This document shows positions 36,598 to 47,500 of a stretch of DNA of 55,782 bases, in pieces. The first letter of the stretch is position 1, and each line of letters opens with the position of its first letter. Position numbers and translations under genes: made by a program. Source of the stretch: Prorocentrum cordatum (lineage: Eukaryota); contig CAUYUJ010000133.1 in assembly GCA_963575745.1 (NCBI GenBank), positions 62,001 to 117,782 of the forward strand, read 5' to 3'. The notes under the pieces are model-generated. The model had not been told where the DNA came from and did no database searches. It saw nothing but the letters and a program-made list of their open reading frames with translations.

Positions 36598-36911
36598 AAC
36601 TACAACGACAACGACTACGACTACGACTACGACTACGACTACGACTACGACTACGACTACGACTACTACGACGAAGACGACAACGACGACGATGACGACG
36701 ACGACGACTACGATTACTACAACTACGACTACAAATACTACGACCACACCAGCAACAAAAGCAACAACTACTACTACTACTACTACTACTACTAGTATTA
36801 CTGCTACCACGACTACTACTACTGATACTTCTACTTCTACTTATACCTCTACTTCTACGACTGCTTCTATTACTACTACTACTACTACGACTACTACTAC
36901 TACTACTACTT

Positions 36912-36944
<33 letters not shown>

Positions 36945-37010
36945 TTCCTACTACTACATCTACTACTACTACTACTACTACTACTGCTACTACTACTGCT
37001 ACTGCTACTG

Positions 37011-37047
<37 letters not shown>

Positions 37048-37076
37048 GACTACTACCGCGACCACTACTGCTACTG

Positions 37077-37115
<39 letters not shown>

Positions 37116-37455
37116 TTACTACTACTACTACTGCTACTACTACTACTACTACTACTAATACTACGACTACGACTACGACTACTACTACAACTACGAATAC
37201 AACTAGTATCACTACTGCTCCTTCTACGACGACTACTACTACTACTACTACTACTACTACTGCTGCTACTACTACTACTACTACTACTACAACTACAACG
37301 ACTACGACTACGACTACTACTACTACTACTACTACGAGTACTACTACTACTACTACTACTACTACGACACGCGACTACTGTTACTATTGTCACTACACCG
37401 TCTACTACTACGACTACTACTACTACTACGACTATTACTACTACTACTAATACTG

Positions 37456-37492
<37 letters not shown>

Positions 37493-37568
37493 GACTGCTA
37501 CTACTACTACTACTACTACTACTACGACTATGGCTACTACTACTACTACTACTACTACGACTGCTACG

Positions 37569-37609
<41 letters not shown>

Positions 37610-37627
37610 GCCTCCGACTACCACGAT

Positions 37628-37658
<31 letters not shown>

Positions 37659-37659
37659 G

Positions 37660-37695
<36 letters not shown>

Positions 37696-37753
37696 TGACG
37701 ACGACCACCACCATTACCACTACCACTACTACTACTACTACTACTTACTATTG

Positions 37754-37793
<40 letters not shown>

Positions 37794-37849
37794 CACTACG
37801 ACTACGACCACGACTACGACTACGACTACGACGACTACTACTACTACTG

Positions 37850-37893
<44 letters not shown>

Positions 37894-37917
37894 ACTACTA
37901 ATATTACTCCAACGACG

Positions 37918-37948
<31 letters not shown>

Positions 37949-38167
37949 GAACTGCTGCTACTACTACTACTACTACTACTACTACGACTACTACTACTAC
38001 TACTACTACTGCTACTACTACTACTACAACTGCTACTACTACTACTACTACTACTACTACCACTATCACTACTTTGACTGCGACTACTACTGCTACTTAC
38101 TATTACGATTACTAGAACTACTCGTATGACTACCACTAGTACTACTACTACTACCACCACCGCCACC

Positions 38168-38212
<45 letters not shown>

Positions 38213-38213
38213 G

Positions 38214-38263
<50 letters not shown>

Positions 38264-38353
38264 GCTACTAACTACTACTTATACTACTACTACTACTACT
38301 ACTACTACTTACTACTACTACTACTTACTACTACTGCTACGACTACTACTACG

Positions 38354-38387
<34 letters not shown>

Positions 38388-38612
38388 TCACTACTGTGAC
38401 TGCGACTACTACTGCTACTTACTACTACGACTACTAGAACTACTCGTATTACTACCACTACTACTACTAGTACTAGTACTAGTACTAGTACTAGTACTAC
38501 TACTACTACTACTACTACTACTGATACTACAGCAATAACACCAACAACAATACAAGCAACCGCAGCAACAACAACAGCAACAGCCAACAGCAGCAGCAGC
38601 AACAACAACAAT
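36459..38612. repeat. ~2.1-kb (CTA)n/(CGA)n microsatellite with (CAA)n edges
   Basis: Directly visible. Confidence 0.97.
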
Positions 38613-38969
38613 CATTTCACCCGTATGCCCTACGCTTCCATTAGCAGCATGCATCCATCATGATAGCCCCCCCTTCATGGGGGAGTTGTTCTTGCACACG
38701 CGCGTCTGATATTCCCTCTCCCCGATATCCCGCCCGAGGAGGTCTTGACAACAGCGCCAGCCCAGATGGCACATCGCCTTCGCAACCCCCATGCCCAAGC
38801 CTTGCTTCTAGGTGTGACGACGCCTGAGTGGCCTACAAGTAAAGGGAGAGACTTCACAACCTCTGGGAAAACCCCGCGGAGAGCCCCCAGAGCCGCTGAG
38901 AGAAACTCCAGAGCTTAGGCCCCTAGGCTTTCGACCCCTTTTGCGTCGGCTAGTCTCGAATGGCGCCTG

Positions 38970-39330
38970 GGCTCGTCGTCGTCGTCGACGCCGCCGCCGC
39001 CGCCGTCGTCGTCGTCTTCCTCCTACTCCTCCTCCTCCTCCTCCTCCTCCTCCTCCTCCTCCTCCTCCTCCTCCTCCTCCCCGCACTCCTCCTATAAAAA
39101 AATCCGTGGCCCCAGGCGTCTCCAGGAGATCACGTAGGCCCCCGACGGCCTCCAGCACGACGACGACGACGACGACGACAACGACGACGACGGCGGCGAC
39201 GACGACGGCGGCGGCGGCGGCGGCGGCGGCGACGCCACGCCCCAGGACACTAGCGAGAGCGAGGTCGCGCAAAGCAGGTGCGACAGCCCATTCAGGATGT
39301 CCAACACTGATAATTGTTAAGCGACGACAA

Positions 39331-39382
<52 letters not shown>

Positions 39383-39383
39383 T

Positions 39384-39415
<32 letters not shown>

Positions 39416-39425
39416 AACGACGACG

Positions 39426-39459
<34 letters not shown>

Positions 39460-39460
39460 C
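38970..39460. repeat. (CGT)/(CCT)/(CGA)/(CGG) microsatellites with a short duplicated unit
   Basis: GACGCCACGCCCCAGGACAC..GCGAGAGCGAGGTCGCGC occurs at ~39230 and ~39458. Confidence 0.85.
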
Positions 39461-40449
39461 GCCACGCCCCAGGACACAAGCGAGAGCGAGGTCGCGCGGA
39501 GCAGGCGCGAGAGCGCGAAAGCACATTCAGGGTGTCCAGCAATAACACTCGCTTAGGGATCAAAATTCAAACGGGACTAGAGAAGCCTGAGGGCCTCCTG
39601 GGAGCCTTGGAAAAAAAACGCTGGAAGTATCGAGCGGGAGCGTCATTGTTTCTCGGGGGTCCTGAGGCGGGAGCGCCGGTCCTGAGGTGAATAGGAAGGA
39701 AGTATCGAGTGGGAGCGCCGAGGTTGGTGGAAAGGTGGCTTCGGGTGGCGAGCAAGAGCCCCGGCCCCGAGTGAGAAAAGAGGGCAGGTTTTGGCGGACC
39801 CCCGAAACGCCTGAGGGCGAGCCAAATTTTCAAAGGAAATGCAGCCGGCGCCTGAGCGAGAGCGCGAAAGCGCACTCAGGATATCCAGCCATAAGAAAGG
39901 TTTAATAACTAAGGTTCAACAATGGCAACAGCAGTAACAACAACAATTGCATCAGCAAAGGCAACAGCGACGACGACGACAGCAGCAACAACAACAACAA
40001 CAATCAGTTTAAGACTGTTCGCTCTTATCTGCTCGAGTGTCCGTTAAAGCGTATTTCCCAAACCCTCGATACCCGCCCTCTTCGTCTTCGATCGTACCCC
40101 TTTTGGGGGGTATACCTTTCTTCTCTGCAGGCCGGGCCCCAGCAAGCGGCGGAGGGCGGCCGCGGACCGTCGGCCTGGCCAGCGGCAGCGCTGATCGGCG
40201 GCAACCCGACCCCAAGAGGGAGGGACAGGGGACCGACCACGACGACGACGACGACGACGATGACGACGACGTCGACGAGCGAAAGCGAGAGCGAGAGCGA
40301 GAACGACAGCAGGGCCACGAAGGGCACGAAGTAGGCCACGAAGGGCGACAGCGGGGACACGAAGGGAATGCGTATGGGGCCACGACGGGCGCGAAGGAGC
40401 GGGGGCCACGAAGGGCAGACGTATATTGGCCCGCGGAAGGCAAGGACGG

Positions 40450-40860
40450 GGCCCGCTGCAACGGGGCCACGAAGGGCAGCGAGGGGGCCACGAAGGGCTG
40501 CAACGGGGCCACGAAACAAAGCGAGGGGGCCACGAAGGGCTACAACGGGGCCACGAAACAAAGCGAGGGGGCCACGAAGGGCTGCAACGGGGCAACGAAA
40601 CAAAGCGAGGAGGCCACGAGGGGCTGCAACGTAGCCGCGAAGGGCAGCGAGGGGGCCACGAAGGGCTGCAACGGGGCCACGAAGGGCAGCGAGGAGGCCA
40701 CGAAGGGCTGCAACGGGGCCACGAAGGGCAGCGAGGAGGCCACGAAGGGCTGCAACGGGGCCACGAAACAAAGCGAGGGGGCCACGAAGGGCTGCAACGG
40801 GGCCGCGAAGGGCAGCGAGGAGGCCACGAGGGGCTGCAACGGGGCCACGAAGGGCAGCAA
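40450..40860. repeat. Minisatellite, 21/42-bp unit (GGGGCCACGAAGGGCTGCAAC)
   Basis: Directly visible; produces the ATKGCNG pseudo-repeat ORF. Confidence 0.92.
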
Positions 40861-43800
40861 GATCCCGATTCCTAAGTAATCTGTGAGGGAGTCCTAAGCG
40901 TGAGCGCGACTCCTGGGTGCCTGAGTGTCGGGAGCGCGGCGCTTGAGTCAATTGCGGGAAGTTCCAACGCAAGGGCGCCATTCTTGAGTAAATCGCATGC
41001 AACTCTCCAGCGGGAGCGCGACTCCAGAGCACCGAGAAAGCGATTCTTGAATAAATTGTAAGGAAGTTCCCAATAAATAAAATGCAAGGAAGTCTCGGGC
41101 GGGAGCGGGGGTCCTGGCTAAATTGTATGTAAATATAAAGCGGGAGCCGCTGTTGTTGCAAACCGCGCGCCAACGACACAGTTTGACCTTCAAGACCTTC
41201 CCTTGTAAAAAACAAGTTGCGAGCACGGGAAGGGGCACTTCAATCGAAAAAATACAATGTGCACCGGGCGGGCGGGGGCTCAACCATAATTATTCTTCAG
41301 AAATGAAAATTCAGCAACAGCAGCAGCAACAACAACAACACCGACGACAACAACAACCACAACAACAACAACAACAACAACAATCATTTAAGACTGGGGA
41401 CACTCCGTTCTCACCAGTGCCAGGGTTTTCATAGGAGGCGGGCAATACCCCCACTTTGTGGGGGGGCCGGTTCAAGCTCTACCAAATTTCCAAACGACTC
41501 TTCGCCACCACCCACACCCAGCTTCCCGCCCTATGACGTTCGGACACTTCACTTCGTGGCATGCGGACGACCGTGGCTACTATTCAGGGCCCCGCGGCCG
41601 ACGACGACGGCGTGCGCGCGCGAAGAAAAAACGAATGTGTCCCGCATGGTATTATTTGACAGGGATGATGGCCCTGGCAGGTGCGCAACCGTTGTCGCAG
41701 AAGTTCGAAAAAAAGTTGCTCGCAAAAGCCCGTTTGACAGAAATGTTTAAAAAGTGTTGGGTTTCCTACGAATCCGCAAGAGCGCGCGGGATGAGATTTT
41801 GACATTTTTTTGTTGAAAAACCATTGGTTTTTTGATGTTTTTATGTTAAAATCGCTCCGAACACTAAGCTTTTGGAAGGATTTCGTCTTGCGCGCGCGAA
41901 TGTCCACTTTACCTTATTTTTTGCAAGGGATTCTTGAAATTTGATTATATTAGAACAAGAAATGTCATTTTATAGTGTTTTTTGCAAGGGAAAGCGGGGG
42001 GGAACAAAACAACCGGATCTTGATCACATCGAATTACCTGAGGCTTCCTCACGAAAATGATGAAAATGTAGCTGCGGCCTAGGCGGCGCAGGGGGGCCGT
42101 GCACCAGGGGCCCCAACAATAATTATTCTTTAGAATTAATAATGTTCAACAACAACAACAACACCATCAATTATGACAAGGCAACAACAAACACAAACAC
42201 AAACAAACAATAACAACCACAACAGCAACAACAGCAACAACAATTGATGTAAGACTGCTTGCTGTTATATGCGCGCGTGCACTTCAACACGAATATCCCA
42301 AACCTTCGATACCCGCCCTCTTCGTCTTCGATCGCACTCCCCTTGAGGGGATATCTTCCCTATCCTGCATGACACGCGTAGTCGGCGCAACCTGGGAAAG
42401 GGGGAAGGCAGGGCGGAGGGAAGAGACAAGGGGGGGGGAGAAGGATAGAGCACGGCAGGCATTTTCAGGAGGGGGGGGGTACAGGAGTACAAACAGCAGA
42501 ATCCGAAGGGCGGGTCGGGCGGGCGGACCCTAATAGGCAAGCCGGGCGGGCGGGCCCAAACGGCCATGTCGAGCGGGCGGGTCGCTGAGGCGTCAATCCA
42601 ACATGATTCGCAAGGAAAATTCGAGCGATAGCGCGATTTCCAAATAAATCGTGTGGGAATCCAGCGTGAGAGCGTGAATCCTGAGCGTCGGGGGCGCGGC
42701 ATCTGAAAACCTTGCGAGGAAGTACCACGAGAGAGCGCGACCATTTGATAAACTATGAGGAGGTCCTGCGCTAGAGCGCGATTTTGAAATAAAATGTGAG
42801 AAGGTATCAGGCGGGAGCCGTTCTTGTTGTAGTTCGGGGAGCAACAACCCAACTTGAAGCACGAGACTTCCCCTTGTAAGACCCCGGGCGGGGCATTTGC
42901 AGTGGGAAAACAGAATAGGCACCGAAGGGGGGCATCAGCAACAATTAGTTCTCAGAGCGAACATACAACAACGACAACAGCAAAAGTAACAAAAACAACA
43001 ACAGACAATCATTATAAGACTGTTCGCTCTTACCTGCTCGCGTGCCGTTCAACATGTATATCCCAAACCCTCGATACCTGCCCTCTTCGTCTTCGATCGT
43101 ACCCCCTTGGGGGTACATCGCCCTTGCCTGCCACGTGTAGTTGGTGAGCCCCCTGAAAATGGGCAGAGAAAACGGATGGAAGAGGTAGGGAGAAGGATGG
43201 AGCACGAGAGAAATTAGCAGGATGGGGGCTAGAAGCAGAAAGCTCATGGCAGAACCAGACGGACTGATCGGGCGGCCAGACCCTAATAGGCGGACCAGGA
43301 AGGCAGGCCCAGGCGGCCATGACGAGCAGGCGGGTTGCTGAAGCGTGCGTCCTGCATGAATCGCAAGGAAAGTTGGAGCGATAGCGCGATTGCCAAGTAA
43401 ATCGCTATAAAAAGCAACAGAAAGAGAGCGATTCCTGAGCGTCGAGGGTGCGGCGTCTGAATCAATTGCGTGGAAGCACCACGCGGCAACGCGATTCCTG
43501 CATAAAGTGTGTGGAAGTCCTGCGCGAGAGCGCGAGCTGTGAGAAAATATTCGGCGGGAGCCGCTGCTCTTGTAAACCGGGGGCCAAGGGCGTAGTCCCA
43601 CCAGCCCTTTGGGCGTGAGTGGTTTAGCGAGCTTTCTCTGTTCTCAACCCCCCAACCCCCTTCTTCCCCTTCGGGGAGGGGTTTACTCCTCCCCCTACCC
43701 CCTCCCCCTGGACCTGGAGAGCGGAGCCCGCGGGTCGTCAGGGTGGTCTTTTTCGACGCCTGGGAGGGCCAAAAAACGACGACCCTCACGAGGATTCTGG

Positions 43801-44004
43801 CTCCGACGGGGGGACCCTCTTGTAGTACCCTCCTCTTCTGTTAAGCCAAAATCATTGTTTTTACGATGGTTTTGGCCCCATGTTGGCCTCCCGAGGGGGC
43901 CGCGCTCATCTTCCTTCATAGCAAAATCATTGATTTTACGAGGGTTTGGGGCTCATTTTGTCCTTTTCAGGGGGCAGCGCTTCTTTGCGCTTCTGAGGAT
44001 GTCG

Positions 44005-44094
44005 CAAGAGGCGCCAAGATGGCCCCAAGAGGCCCCCAGGAGCCTCCCAAGAGGCCTCCAAGAGGCCCCCAAGAGGCCCCCAAGAGGCCCCAAG
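44005..44094. repeat. GGCCCCAAGA satellite, left of the copia insertion
   Basis: Same ~11-mer as 52392 onward. Confidence 0.85.
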
Positions 44095-44424
44095 TGTCAA
44101 TGATAATGATGTCGAGCTGCTTTTAGCCACGAGCTGCAAGATCCGCTCGGTCGATCCTTATGAAATGAGGCTGTCCGCCTCGCACACACACAGCTTGTGA
44201 AATCAGGGAAACCCCAGTCTGTGACTAGGACACATCTGATAACTTGTTATCGCTGCTGGCTCGAAAAGGGATCCCCTGATATCGTTCGATAGCAAACGGC
44301 CGCGGAAACATAACATGTTATGTTATCCTGTTTTAAAAGCTCCACTTACCCCGGTCGGGGTACCAGTCTCTAAACTGCTGAGCTACTGCGTTTCGGCTGG
44401 GGCATAAACTCGCTCATCTTCGCA
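44095..44424 (-). repeat. 3' LTR
   Basis: Direct repeat of 52056-52391 with several substitutions and indels. Confidence 0.93.
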
Positions 44425-44580
44425 CGGAATATAAAATCTGCAGCTTCGAAACTGGAGATCAGCAGTCAAACACCGCCAATCTTAGATACAAAAAAACAGC
44501 ATACGTGAATAACCTCACGCAAAAAAAAATATGCGCCGCCGTCTGCATCTACAAAGCAAAAACGAGTTTTGAACAACCTC

Positions 44581-47500
44581 TTAGTCCACCTTGAAATTCT
44601 CAAGAATCCGCTTCACCAAATCCGCTTTGATTCCTGAAACTGGCAACGCCATCTCACGCAGCATGCCCTGCAAAGCGTAGACCGGCATGGCCTCCAGCTT
44701 CTTCTTGACGTCCGGTGGGTTGTAGCTGTGCATGGCAGTGAGGTCGTCTAACTTTTGCGCAGCAATACTCGGTAGTCGCTTCAGTCCGCTGCTTGGTACT
44801 GTATATGAAACCATCTCCTGTGAGCTGGCTGGACGTGAAACCGCAACGGCTGTAGGTCCAGACTCAGGTTTGTTAAACTGCTGCGAAATCATAAACAAGA
44901 GTACACAAATCAAAGCCATAAATGCTGCACCAATTGAAATACCTGCTGCAAAAGTCCCTACCGGTGATAGCACAAACTGAGACCACTGATCGAAAGGCTC
45001 GGCTAAAACATATGTTGAAACTTGTTGGCCGATCACTGGGTCCGTAGTTGCCACCGCTGCGGTAGCTGCTGCTAGTTGAGGTAATGTCGTTCCCGATGAA
45101 GAGCTGCTTGCCAAAACGCTGGAAAACAGAGCTGCACGCGCAAATCGAGAAAACTTGGTCGAAATAGCTGTACTCACTTCAGCCTGGTAGACCACTTCAT
45201 GTACGTCAATCCTCGATATGTCGTCGTCCGCGCTGTGGTCCTTTGGCTTGGCGTAGTTCGCATTCAGGTAGTCAGCGTCCTCTTGAACCTCAACTCGCTG
45301 TGCCCGCTGGATCTCGTCCCACGGATCTGTCAGCTTCCGCTTCCTGAGTGAAGGGGCTCGGGGGTCCGGTCCAAACGTCCACAAGTTCTCGTGAAAAACT
45401 CGGTCCTGGTAGGGTGTGTCCATCTTCTTCGTGAGTCCGTCGGCTAGCTGCTGCTCAGATCGCACCCACTTAATGCCACCATGCTGGCACTCCTGTCTGA
45501 TGATCGCTGCTTCCAGCGAGAGACGTCGATCTGACAAGTGAACACGCTCCTTGACCACACAGTCCCACAGAGAACGGCAGTCCGTGACCAAAACACCTTT
45601 CCACTCTTCGGCTGCCTGACGGTACTCATGACCTAGCTTGTTGGCTGAGAAGATGTCGGCGCATACAGCACGTGTCCAGAACGTGACATCCTGAGCCTCA
45701 GAACAACTGTAGGCCTCCGCCGAAAGGGTACTCCGCACAGCACGTCCAATGCGTCCACTTGACCAAGCCAGTAACATACATGGATAAAGCTTGGTGTGGT
45801 CATCTGTCATAGCGCCATCTCCCACCATGATGTAAAACCCGCGCTGGCTCTTGTGGTTCGGCATGTTGTCGAAGGATGCGTCGTGCGATGCGATAATAAC
45901 GGAGGTCTCGAAGTCGAAACCACCACGGAAGATCATCTGCGTCTTCCCCTCTCGTCGGATAGAACGCACAAGGCTATTCATGTCCTTCATGTCCTGCACC
46001 GTCGGCTTAGACATCTGGCCCGCGAGCCTCGATGCCTCGAAACTGTACTTGTGAAGCAGCAACCGCACCACCCACTGAACTTGACCGTTCATACCACGTA
46101 GTGCGCGGTGCTCGGCTGCGGTGAGAAGCTCCTTCTCCTGCTTCGCCCTCTCCCGGGGCATGCGGTAGTCCGTCATCCCGTCGATGTACTCGTCCATGTC
46201 GATCGTGATGACGTAATCCTCGTCCTGCTTGAAGCGCCGGCCTGTGAAGGTAGCTCCCTCAGGTAGGCCCTGCAGTTCGTGCCAGTCGCCGAACTCGACC
46301 TGCTCCTTCATCTGCTTGATGACCTGCTCGCAGAACTCTCGGTTCTTCTCCATGTCGAAAGCCATGAGCATGTCGTCGACGTGCAGGCAGAGAAGCCCCA
46401 CCAGCTGCCCATTGTGCATGAGCTTGAAGGCTGCGGTCTCGAACTGCAGCTGCTCGAAGCCGATCTGCTTGAGGATCTGGACAATCCGCTTGTACCACGC
46501 CCTCGCCGCGTCGTTGGTACCGTAGATGCTCTTGTTGAGCTTGAGCAAGCTCCCGTCTTCTAGCCCTGGAATGCTCATGCCAGGCATGTTCTTGGGCAGT
46601 TTGAAGTACAACTCCCTCTCGATCTTGACGCCCTGCAGGAACGCCCCTGTGGCGTCACCTGTGAAGCACGAGAACCGCTTACACGCCGCGATGCTGCAGA
46701 GAAGGTTCTGCATGAATGGTGAGCATGTCGGTGAGTCTCGGCGTAGCTTCTCGTCGTATTTCTCTTGGAAGCCCTTGCCCACGATGCGGCACTTAGGCTG
46801 GAAGTTGGCATTGTCGTCGCTGCCTTTGTTTGTCCAAACTGCACGGCTCTCGATCTGCAGCGACTTGTCGATCTTCTTGGCCATCGTCGGTGTGATGACC
46901 GTCACCGCGTCGTACTTTGTCCAAGTACTCCACTCCTTGATGAGGGCATTGAGACACTTCTCAGTGCGCTCCTTCGTGTAATTGTCGCTGCGCTTCAGCA
47001 CCTCCTTAATGTCCATCTCGCCCTTGGTTGCCCGGTCGGCTCGTTCGGCTGCAAACGACTCGCACATCACCTGGTTGGTCGCATAGGCTGTGCGCACCCT
47101 CTTGTCATTCGCCGTCGTCACAGTATTGCGGCCAATGTGGGCCCGATTCTGGTAGATGGTCTGAGATGCCGGCGTCTTGCGCTTGAGCTTAGTACGCCGT
47201 TGTTCGCCCTCCTCACGATGTGCTTGTTGTCTGGCTCGCTGTCGTTGTCGAGCACTGTCTCCATCAGAATCTGCCGTAGGACCTGCAGGCGTACTGCTGG
47301 TGGGTGCGCTGCTCGCTGCTGGAGGATCGGCCCTGGCCGTAGCCGGGTTGTCTGGTCCGAACGACTGAGGAGGTCCTTGAGGTTCGGCACCTTCTGGAAA
47401 ACCTCCAGGAGCCCGTCCGCCCGATGGGTCATTCTCGGTCCGGTACGTGTACTCCACCACGACGTCGAGCATGTCCATATCGCGTACCAAAGGCACGTCG

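Larger units (their letters stand above)
31230..43590. repeat. Cluster of at least 7 copies of a dispersed ~0.6-1 kb repeat family with interspersed modules
   Basis: Shared head TAAGACTGTTCGCTCTTA...CCCTCGATACCCGCCCTCTTCGTCTTCGATCG near 31231, 31971, 34685, 35441, 40010, 42249 and 43015, mostly followed by GAGCGCGATTCCTG subrepeats. Confidence 0.85.
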
